This document shows, piece by piece, positions 50,215-58,288 of a DNA stretch of 64,000 bases (the first letter of the stretch is position 1; each line of letters starts with the position of its first letter). This DNA comes from Candidatus Binatia bacterium. GTDB lineage: Bacteria; Desulfobacterota; Binatia; UBA12015. The DNA lies in contig JAQWRY010000088.1 of assembly GCA_029243485.1 (NCBI GenBank), positions 299,212 to 363,211 on the forward strand. The letters run 5' to 3'. The translations under genes were made by a program, and so were the position numbers. A model generated the notes under the pieces. The model was given only the letters and a program-made list of their open reading frames with translations, was not told the DNA's origin and ran no database searches.

Positions 50215-51606
50215 CTACTGCAGGTACCCGAGGGACTGAAGCCTCTTCTCGACGCTCCGGCTCCGCTCGATCGCGTCGGCGTCTCCGGTTGTCTCGCCGT
50301 GACCGGCCATCCACGCGTGGAGGCCGTCCTGAAGCCGACGGTTTTCGTCCGGATGCGTGCTGGAAGCGTCGCTGCGCTCGAACGGATCGGCGTGGAGGTC
50401 GTAGAGTCGGCTAGCGCCGTTCTGAAGATCGAAGATCAGCTTGAAGCGTCCGTCGTCGACGCTGCGTCTCACCCCCTGGGAGCTGAAGGCGAGGCGAGGG
50501 TCGTTCGACGTGCCTTCGAGGAGCGGCCGCAGGCTCTCTCCTTCGAGCGCGTCCGTGGGGAGACCCGCGTAGTCGAGCACCGTGGGCATGACGTCGAGGT
50601 TTTCGACGGCGATGTCGACGCGCCGGCCTCCCGTAAGGCCGGGAATCCAAACCATGAGCGGGGTGCGGGTCACCGTGTCCCACACGCCCAGGCAGTGGTT
50701 GAGCTCGTCTTGCTCGAGGAACATCTCGCCGTGGTCCGAGGCGAGAATCACGATCGACTTCCTGAGGAGACCTCGCCCGTCGAGACTGCGGAGCAACCGT
50801 TCGATCTCGCCGTCGAGGTAGAGGATCTCTTCGTCGTAGCGATCGGAGAGGAAGGGGAGCTGATCGAGACTCACGTCTCGCTGGCCCGGCGGGCGCCCGC
50901 GGTGCAGGCGAATGATCGGGTCGGGGTCGCCGCTGCGCAGCCACACGGGCAGGCCCTTGTCGTCGCCGGCGGTGAACTTCCGGGTGTGGTGGCGCGGTGG
51001 GAGGTACGGGTGATGCACGTCCATGTAGTGGAGATAGAGGAAGAACGGGCCCGTCGTTTCCTTGAGGTGTTTCATCGCGCGTTGGTGCAGGCAGCGGGCG
51101 TTCTGCCTCGTGCAGGACTCGTCGTCGAAGACGTCGAAGCCGCGACCGAAGCCGCCGGTCCGGTTTATGTTCGACGGTGTCTTGCGCACGATCTCGCTGG
51201 CGGAAACCGCGATGGTGCGGAGGCCGGCCGCCTGCAGCGCCTCGGGTAGCGTCTGCATGCTCTCGGGAATTGCGAACGATTTACTACTCCAGCTCAGAAG
51301 CTCGGCCGGGTAGCGCGACGTCAGCAGGGAGGCGACCGAGGTCGGAGTGCAGGCGGTCTGACTGCGCGCCCGCTCGAAGACCGTCGCGCCATTCGAACGG
51401 GCCTCCAGAGCCGGCGTCGTCGCACGGTCGTAACCGTAAACGCTCATCCGATCCGCTCGCAGGGTGTCCGCGAGGAGGAGGATCACGTTCCAGGGCCCCT
51501 CGGGGGGAGGTGCCGGCCTGTCGAGATACGTTCGCAATCCGAACGCCGCGGTGCCGAGGATCGCGAAGGCGATCGCCGCCGCGATGATGGGGTTTCGTCT
51601 CTGCAT
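50215..51606 (-). CDS. Sulfatase-like membrane-anchored protein
   Basis: N-terminal TM; NVILLLADTLRADR, ACTPTSVASLLT, MDVHHPY, YDEEI, SDHGE, LQSLGY; start ATG 51606. Confidence 0.88.
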   Translation of the reverse strand: MQRRNPIIAAAIAFAILGTAAFGLRTYLDRPAPPPEGPWNVILLLADTLRADRMSVYGYDRATTPALEARSNGATVFERARSQTACTPTSVASLLTSRYPAELLSWSSKSFAIPESMQTLPEALQAAGLRTIAVSASEIVRKTPSNINRTGGFGRGFDVFDDESCTRQNARCLHQRAMKHLKETTGPFFLYLHYMDVHHPYLPPRHHTRKFTAGDDKGLPVWLRSGDPDPIIRLHRGRPPGQRDVSLDQLPFLSDRYDEEILYLDGEIERLLRSLDGRGLLRKSIVILASDHGEMFLEQDELNHCLGVWDTVTRTPLMVWIPGLTGGRRVDIAVENLDVMPTVLDYAGLPTDALEGESLRPLLEGTSNDPRLAFSSQGVRRSVDDGRFKLIFDLQNGASRLYDLHADPFERSDASSTHPDENRRLQDGLHAWMAGHGETTGDADAIERSRSVEKRLQSLGYLQ

Positions 51607-51649
51607 CCGAGATTTGTCCGTACCAGAAGCCGCGGGGAATCCCCCGGTC

Positions 51650-51835
51650 GGCTGGACCGCGACGTGCCCGTCCTCCGTGTACTTCACCGCGTTGGAGAAG
51701 AGGTTCAGGACCGCCTGGCGCACACGCCTGGGGTCGCCGATGACCGTTCTCGGAACGTCCTCATTCCGTCTCCATGCCGAGTCCGAGACCCCTCTGCGCT
51801 GCTTGAAGCGCGAGTATGTCCACCGCGCTCGAGAC
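51650..51835 (-). pseudogene. Histidine kinase HATPase fragment
   Basis: VPRTVIGDPRRVRQAVLNLFSNAVKYTEDGHV; isolated and frameshifted. Confidence 0.65.
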
Positions 51836-51980
51836 GCAATCGACGAGGATGCAGCTGCCTACGACGAGGGCGGCGGCGAGCGGCAACGGTGTGACGGTAC
51901 GGGAAGGATGCGCCACTCTGCATCCATCGGGCGCGAGCCCGGTCTCGCCGCCGGGCCAGTCGTGTGCGAAGTATCGCTCC

Positions 51981-52916
51981 GTGTCGAGCGTTCTTCATGT
52001 CTGGCTTTCGAACGAGGATATCCGGGCCATGAGCTTCGAGCCGGAGGACTTCGATCCGGTTCTGGCGGCGTATCCCGGCCTCGAAATCGTCCACCACGCC
52101 ACACCGGCGGACCTGAAGGCGGCGTTGCCCGAGATGGAGCTCGTCGACACCTGGGGGTTCTCGCCCCGGTGGTACGAGCGAGCGCCGAAGCTACGAGCGG
52201 TGATCACGCCGGCTGCGGGGCGCGACTGGGTGGCGGACGATCCGTCCGGCCACGTCCCGGTTCACCCGGGAACGTTCCACGGGCCGCTCATCGCCGAATC
52301 GATGCTGAGCTTCATGCTGCACTTCAATCGACGCGTGCCGCAGATGCTCGAGAACGAGCGGCGCCGGGAGTGGGATCGCAACATTCAGTTTCCGAGTGCG
52401 CTGCTTCGCAATCAGCATGCGGTGATCGTCGGGTACGGGTCGATTGGGCGGCATTGTGCGAAGCTCCTCACTGCGATCGGGATGACCGTTGCCGGTTGCC
52501 AGCGCACGCACGCGAGTGGCGTCGACGCCGAGAGCGGGGCGCGGTACTGCTCTCCCGCCGACCTGCCGCAGGAGCTCGCGCGCGCCGATCACGTCGTGTT
52601 GCTGCTCCCGGGAGGAGACGCGACGAACGGCTATCTCTCTCGCGAACTGCTGGGGTCCGTGAAGCGTGGCGCTCGCGTCTACAACTTCGGACGCGGTACG
52701 ACGTCGCTGGAAACAGATCTCCTCTGGGCGCTCGAGGAGGGGATCCTCTCGGGTGCCGGTCTCGACGTTACCGAGGTCGAGCCGCTTCCCGCCGAGTCGC
52801 CCTTGTGGGAACACCCTGCGGTGTTCGTGCAGCCGCACTCGTCGTGCGTCTACGACGAGTACAGACCACTCCACGTAGTGGAACTCGTGGAGCGCCTGCG
52901 CCCGTACGTAGAGTGA
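51981..52916 (+). CDS. D-2-hydroxyacid dehydrogenase family protein
   Basis: GYGSIG, NFGRG, LDVTEVEPLP, PHSS; probable start GTG 51981. Confidence 0.9.
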   Translation: MSSVLHVWLSNEDIRAMSFEPEDFDPVLAAYPGLEIVHHATPADLKAALPEMELVDTWGFSPRWYERAPKLRAVITPAAGRDWVADDPSGHVPVHPGTFHGPLIAESMLSFMLHFNRRVPQMLENERRREWDRNIQFPSALLRNQHAVIVGYGSIGRHCAKLLTAIGMTVAGCQRTHASGVDAESGARYCSPADLPQELARADHVVLLLPGGDATNGYLSRELLGSVKRGARVYNFGRGTTSLETDLLWALEEGILSGAGLDVTEVEPLPAESPLWEHPAVFVQPHSSCVYDEYRPLHVVELVERLRPYVE

Positions 52917-52917
52917 A

Positions 52918-53083
52918 CTAGTGTCCTAAGTCCGAAGTTCTCCACCACTTTCGCCGGCCCTCGTCGCGCCTGACGGCGTCGCGTCGGCTCGAAAGATTGC
53001 CGATATTCCTTCGCCGCCGCTCCTTGTCAGGAGCGACGATGCCTCGCGGGAAGTGGCGGACAACTTCAGACCCAGGACACTAG
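52918..53083. mobile_element. MITE-like palindromic element (166 bp) with CTAG ends
   Basis: 33-bp terminal inverted repeats (28/33 identical) starting CTAGTGTCCT, plus internal IR TCGTCGCGCCTGAC / GTCAGGAGCGACGA. Confidence 0.8.
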
Positions 53084-54276
53084 TTGATCGCTTCGAAGAG
53101 ACCGGCGGCGCCCATGCCGCCACCGACGCACATCGTGACGATGCCGTAGCGCTGCTTGCGGCGACGGAGTTCGAGGAGCAGCGTGCCCGCCATGCGCGAG
53201 CCGGTCATGCCGTACGGATGGCCGATCGAGATGGCGCCGCCGTTGGGGTTCACCTTTTCGGGGTCGATCCCGAGGCGGTCACGGCAGTAGACGGCCTGCG
53301 AGGCGAAGGCCTCGTTCAGCTCGACGATGTCGATGTCGTCGATCTTGAGGCCGTTGCGCTCGAGGAGCTTGGGCACGGCGAACACCGGGCCGATGCCCAT
53401 CTCGTCTGGCTCACAGCCGGCGTAGACGCAGCCCCGGAAGTAGCCGAGAGGCTCGATGCCGAGCTTCTCGGCGCGCTCGGCCGACATGAGGAGGTTGGCC
53501 GACGCACCATCGGACAGCTGCGACGAGTTGCCGGCGGTGACGCTGCCGTTCTCGTCGAACGCGCCCTTCAAGGTCTGCAGTCCGTCGAGAGTCGTCTGCG
53601 GCCGGTTGCACTCGTCCTTGTCGACGACGACTTCCTTCTCCGAGATCTCACCGGTGGCCTTGTCCTTCACCTGCATGGTGACGGTCATCGAGAAGATCTC
53701 CTCGTCGAACTTGCCGGACTGCTGCGCGGCCGCCGTGTTCTTCTGCGAGGCGAGAGCGAACTCGTCCTGAGACTCGCGACTCACGTCGTAACGACTGGCG
53801 ACGATCTCGGCGGTCGCGCCCATCGGCATGTAGACCTCTTTCTTGTGGTCGAGAATCCACGGGTTGAAGAGGTTCGTGGTGTTGAGGTCGTTCTGCAGCA
53901 TGGTGATCGACTCGAGGCCGCCCACCATGACCGCGTCCGCACCTTCGGCCTGAATCATGTGCGCGCCGACCATGACCGCATTGAGGCCCGACGAGCAGAA
54001 GCGGCTCACCGTGGAGCCGGCAACCGTAACCGGAAGGCCCGACATGAGGGCGACGTTGCGGCCGACGTTGAAGCCCTGCGGGCCCTCGGAGAACCCGGTT
54101 CCCATCACGCAGTCGTCGATCTCCGCCGGGTCGAGCTTGGGCGTCTTTTCGAGGACCTTCTTCACGGCAGCGGCGGCGAGATCGTCGGGTCGGGTCATGT
54201 TGAAGGATCCGCGGAAGGACTTGGCCATACCTGTCCGTGCGGTGGCTACGATTACGGCTTCGCGCTTCGTCGACAT
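53080..54276 (-). CDS. Acetyl-CoA C-acyltransferase (thiolase)
   Basis: [24 protein letters not shown]; RBS GGAGG before ATG 54276. Confidence 0.96.
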   Translation of the reverse strand: MSTKREAVIVATARTGMAKSFRGSFNMTRPDDLAAAAVKKVLEKTPKLDPAEIDDCVMGTGFSEGPQGFNVGRNVALMSGLPVTVAGSTVSRFCSSGLNAVMVGAHMIQAEGADAVMVGGLESITMLQNDLNTTNLFNPWILDHKKEVYMPMGATAEIVASRYDVSRESQDEFALASQKNTAAAQQSGKFDEEIFSMTVTMQVKDKATGEISEKEVVVDKDECNRPQTTLDGLQTLKGAFDENGSVTAGNSSQLSDGASANLLMSAERAEKLGIEPLGYFRGCVYAGCEPDEMGIGPVFAVPKLLERNGLKIDDIDIVELNEAFASQAVYCRDRLGIDPEKVNPNGGAISIGHPYGMTGSRMAGTLLLELRRRKQRYGIVTMCVGGGMGAAGLFEAIN

Positions 54277-54422
54277 TTCGACCTCCGGTCCGGCTTGCTT
54301 GGGTTGTGGACCGGGCGGGTGCCCGGCGGTTCGAAATTCGCAGTTGGCCGGGGGCGATGCAAGGCCGAGTTGGACAGGGGCGGCCCGAGTGTGGGATGCA
54401 CGTTTGGCAAGGAGGGGTGGTG

Positions 54423-54596
54423 ATGGCGGAGGCGGAAAAACAGGTGGAAAGCAGTGCAACGGCCAGCGAGATGGCGGTGCGAGCGGCGGACGGTCCGGGC
54501 TGTGACGCGTGCGGCACGAACATGCAGCCGCTGGGGCACTGCAAGTATCTCTGTCGGATGTGCGGGTTCATGCGGACCTGCATCGACACCGTCTGA
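54423..54596 (+). CDS. Small zinc-ribbon protein (57 aa)
   Basis: RBS AAGGAGG; CDACG..M...HCK..CRMCG...C.D. Confidence 0.75.
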   Translation: MAEAEKQVESSATASEMAVRAADGPGCDACGTNMQPLGHCKYLCRMCGFMRTCIDTV

Positions 54597-54604
54597 GCGA
54601 CGGA

Positions 54605-55042
54605 ATGCGCGCCGTGGTTCAACGCGTTCGGCAGGCGCACGTGGCTGTCGCTGAGGAGACCGTTGGACAGATCGGCGCGGGCCTCCTGGTTCTCCTCGGG
54701 GTCGGGCGTGAAGACGGCGCCGAGGATTCTGCGAAGTTGGCGCGTAGGATCGTCGGTCTGCGGATTTTCGACGACGCGGACGGCAGGATGAACCTCTCGC
54801 TCGCCGAGGTCGGAGGCGAGATGCTCGTCGTTTCTCAGTTCACCCTTTGGGGAGACGTGAACTCGGGACGCCGTCCCTCCTGGGGGCGCGCCGCGCCGGC
54901 CGAGGTGGCGGAGCCCTTGTATCGCGACTTCGTCGAAGCGGTCCGGGCGATGGACGTGACGGTTGCCGAAGGGCGATTCGGCGCGGACATGGACGTTCAT
55001 CTGACGAACCAGGGGCCTGTAACCCTGCTCTTCGACGGCTAG
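54605..55042 (+). CDS. dtd: D-aminoacyl-tRNA deacylase
   Basis: MRAVVQRV, SQFTL, GRRPS, NQGPVT. Confidence 0.97.
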   Translation: MRAVVQRVRQAHVAVAEETVGQIGAGLLVLLGVGREDGAEDSAKLARRIVGLRIFDDADGRMNLSLAEVGGEMLVVSQFTLWGDVNSGRRPSWGRAAPAEVAEPLYRDFVEAVRAMDVTVAEGRFGADMDVHLTNQGPVTLLFDG

Positions 55043-55093
55043 GATGGAGCTGTCGTGGCTGCCCGTTCCTGGTCCGGTGTTTCGCACCCGTTC

Positions 55094-55567
55094 ATGCGCC
55101 CTGCTGGCCGTCCCGGCGTCTCGAGGATTCTCGACGGGCGCCTTCTCATCGGGGAGTACCCGACGCCGGACGACATCGATTGGCTTCGCGACGAACACGG
55201 CATCCAGGCCGTCGTGTCGCTGCAGGACGACATCGATCTCACCTACAAGAGCATCGACCTGCCGTCGCTCGAAGGTGCGTACGCAAAGGCGGGAATTCCG
55301 CTCCATCGGTTCGGGGTGATCGATGGCGATCCGGATGATTTGATCCCGTCGCTCGAGGCGATCCTCGCGAGGCTGCACGAGCTGCTCGGCGAGAACCGTC
55401 GGGTGTACGTTCACTGCAACGCCGGCTACAACCGGGCGCCCAGCGTGGCGATCGCCTATCTGCACGCGCACCATGGGCTGTCGCTGGACGAGGCCCACTC
55501 GTTCGTCAGAGAACGACGGGCCTGTGCGCCTTACCTGTCGGCGCTCAGACGACACTTCGACCAGTGA
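55094..55567 (+). CDS. Dual-specificity/protein-tyrosine phosphatase family protein
   Basis: CX5R motif VHCNAGYNRA, AYL; start ATG 55094 or GTG 55055. Confidence 0.9.
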   Translation: MRPAGRPGVSRILDGRLLIGEYPTPDDIDWLRDEHGIQAVVSLQDDIDLTYKSIDLPSLEGAYAKAGIPLHRFGVIDGDPDDLIPSLEAILARLHELLGENRRVYVHCNAGYNRAPSVAIAYLHAHHGLSLDEAHSFVRERRACAPYLSALRRHFDQ

Positions 55568-55573
55568 GCGCGC

Positions 55574-56618
55574 CTACGGGCGGAGCGCGTCGAGTCGAGC
55601 GAGCATGTCGGCCTGCACGGCGGCGTACGCGGGGTTGCCAGCGACGTTCGTGATCTCGTCGGGGTCGAGGGCGAGGTCGTATAGTTCGGTGTGCAGGGGA
55701 TTCCCGGCCGTCGCGATGCCCACGAACTCGGCGAGGGTATCGGAGGACGCATGGGACCCGGATCGACTCCTCGTACGGGTTGAACTTTCCGACAAGCCCG
55801 TGTTCTCCCCACATGAACCCGTGGTCGGACGTGAAGACTACGACCGTGTTGTCCGAGAGCCCCAGCTTCTCGAATTGTTTGAGGATGCGATCGACGGCCT
55901 CGTCGACCGCCAGGAGAGTGCGGTGTTGGTCGAGTCTGAGGGCGTCGATCTTCCCCGGAAGCGCCGGACCCGCGATGAATCGGAAGAACTGGACCCATTG
56001 CGGTTTCGCGGTGACGTCGGAGAAATAGCTTGGCGGCCGATGGAGCGGGTAGTTTGAGAGGTGTCCTGCATGCCGGTTGGCCGGAATCGCGGGCGCCCGA
56101 GGCGCAAACGGGGTGTAGGTCACAAGGAAGGGATCGTTCGCGTTCTTTCGGAGGAACCGGATGGCCTCCTTCTGCATCCAGTCGGTGGAGTAGGTTCCCG
56201 CGGAGAGCGTCTTGGCGAAACCGTTGTCGTTGATGCGAGCGCCGTAGAACTCACCGCCGCTCGGGTCGAGGAGCGACTTCCATTCGTGCCAGCCCTGGGG
56301 TGGGGTCAGCCCAAGGGATTCGGAGTTGTTCATGTACTTCCCGAACAGGCCGTTCGTGTAGCCGGCTCGGAGCCGAGCACGAGCTCGGTGATCTGGGCGG
56401 GCGTGGTCCCGGCGCACGGGGGGAAGCCCGGGGTCGCGCAGGGAGGGCCGCCGGCCGCGAGGTGAAGAAGGCGGCAACTCAGATCGTCCTGGACCAACTG
56501 CCCGAGGTCCTGCAGATCGCCGGCTTCCGTGCACCGCGCGTCGGCCGCGGTGGGCGTCAGAGCCAAGAGGAGCAATAGGTAGGGCGGTCGAGAAGGCGGC
56601 CGCCGCGGGGCCCAGCAT
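55574..56618 (-). pseudogene. N-acetylglucosamine-6-sulfatase-like relic
   Basis: Frameshifted signal peptide and Cys-rich N-terminus; AGY.NGLFGKYMN, YSTD, FTSDHG..WGEH..GK..PYEESIRVP; C-terminal ELYDL..DPDE..N in another frame; CxPxR block missing. Confidence 0.8.
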
Positions 56619-56811
56619 GAGGACCTCCCCGGTCCGGATATGCAGGCATACGGCCAGTGGGCATTACGCCGAGGTGTTCAGATGCAGCACAATCGTGTTT
56701 CTCCTAGGCCGCGTTCGAGGCCGGGAGGCCGCACTGGCGGGCGCCCGAGCGGTCCCCGGGTGCGGCGGCCGCAGGCGCTCGTTACGCAAAAGGGCAGGAG
56801 GAGAGACCTGA

Positions 56812-58206
56812 ATGAGCACCCGCACCGAAACCGACAGCCTGGGCCCGATCGAAGTCCCGAATGAGGCGTACTACGGCGCTCAGACCCAGCGCGCCGTCGA
56901 GAATTTCCCGGTCTCCGGGCAACGTTTTCCCCGCCGGTTCATCCAGGCGTTGGGTCTCGTGAAATGGGCCGCCGCGCTGGAGAACGAGGCTCGCGGGACA
57001 CTCGAGCCCGAGCTCTCCCGCGCAATCGCGGACGCGGCCGAGGAAGTCATCGGAGGGGGCCGTGATGCCGATTTTCCCCTAGACGTCTTTCAGACCGGTT
57101 CGGGTACGTCGACGAACATGAACGCGAACGAGGTCATCTCGAACCGCGCGATCGAGATGCTCGGTGGCGAGATGGGTAGTAAGAAGCCCGTTCACCCGAA
57201 CGACCACGTCAACATGGGACAGTCCTCGAACGACGTCATCCCTACGACCACACACCTCGCCGCCTTGCTCGCGCTGAAAGACGATCTCCTTCCAGCGCTC
57301 CGGAAGCTCCACGCAAGTCTCGGCAAGAAGGCCGGTGAATTCGCTTCCATCGCAAAGACCGGTCGGACGCATCTCATGGATGCGGCGCCGGTGACCCTCG
57401 GTCAGGAGTTCAGCGGCTATGCGGCTCAGATCGAGCGGGGCATTCGTCGCGTCGAGAGTACAGAGGCGCACCTCGCGGAACTCGCGCTGGGCGGAACCGC
57501 GTGTGGCACGGGTCTGAACGCGCCTGAGGGATACGCTGCCGCGATCATCGCGCGGGTCGCGGAACGCACGAAGCTGCCGCTCGTCGAAGCGCCGAACCAC
57601 TTCGAAGCGCAGGGCGGGCGCGATGCGTGCGTCGAGACGAGCGGAGCGCTGCGCACGATTGCGGTGAGTCTCATGAAGATCGCGAACGATCTTCGATGGC
57701 TCGGCTCCGGTCCGCGCGCCGGCCTCGCTGAGATTCAACTGCCGTCGCTGCAGCCCGGTTCCTCGATCATGCCCGGCAAGGTGAACCCGGTCATCCCTGA
57801 GATGTGCCGGCAGGTCTCGGCTCAGGTCATGGGGAACGACACTGCGATCTCCGTCGGTGGTGCCCTCGGCGACTTCGAACTCAACGTGATGATCCCCGTG
57901 ATCGCGCACAACCTCCTGGGCTCGATCTCGATTCTCACGAACGCCTGCACACTTCTGGCCGACCGATGCGTCGATGGGATCATCGCCAACGAGGATCGCT
58001 GCCAGCACGACGCCGAGCGCAACCTCCAGGTCGGCGCCGCCCTCAATACGGTGATCGGCTACGACCGGGCCGGTGATCTGGTGAAGGGAGCGGTCAAGAC
58101 TGACCGGTCGATCCGGGAGGTGGCGGAAGAGGCTGGGGTCATGCCGGCCGACCGGCTCGCCGAGGTACTGGATCCTCTGAAGCTGACCCGCGGCGGGGTT
58201 ATCTGA
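56812..58206 (+). CDS. fumC: Class II fumarate hydratase
   Basis: FQTGSGTSTNMN, GRTHLMDA, PGSSIMPGKVNP; RBS AGGAGG. Confidence 0.95.
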   Translation: MSTRTETDSLGPIEVPNEAYYGAQTQRAVENFPVSGQRFPRRFIQALGLVKWAAALENEARGTLEPELSRAIADAAEEVIGGGRDADFPLDVFQTGSGTSTNMNANEVISNRAIEMLGGEMGSKKPVHPNDHVNMGQSSNDVIPTTTHLAALLALKDDLLPALRKLHASLGKKAGEFASIAKTGRTHLMDAAPVTLGQEFSGYAAQIERGIRRVESTEAHLAELALGGTACGTGLNAPEGYAAAIIARVAERTKLPLVEAPNHFEAQGGRDACVETSGALRTIAVSLMKIANDLRWLGSGPRAGLAEIQLPSLQPGSSIMPGKVNPVIPEMCRQVSAQVMGNDTAISVGGALGDFELNVMIPVIAHNLLGSISILTNACTLLADRCVDGIIANEDRCQHDAERNLQVGAALNTVIGYDRAGDLVKGAVKTDRSIREVAEEAGVMPADRLAEVLDPLKLTRGGVI

Positions 58207-58227
58207 GCCGGAGGGACCGGACACACG

Positions 58228-58256
58228 TTGACTAAGGCTGAGGTCGCTCTCATAGT
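58228..58256 (+). promoter_or_regulatory. Putative sigma70 promoter of the hybrid kinase
   Basis: TTGACT-N17-CATAGT, 32 nt upstream of ATG 58289. Confidence 0.5.
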
Positions 58257-58288
58257 TGCCGAAGCCTACGCCGCAGGCGGCATTATAA

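Noticed and set aside
51606-51723. Apparent kinase N-box fused to the N-terminus of the sulfatase-like ORF
   Set aside because: Chance in-frame abutment of an HK relic; the real start is ATG 51606, before the TM anchor
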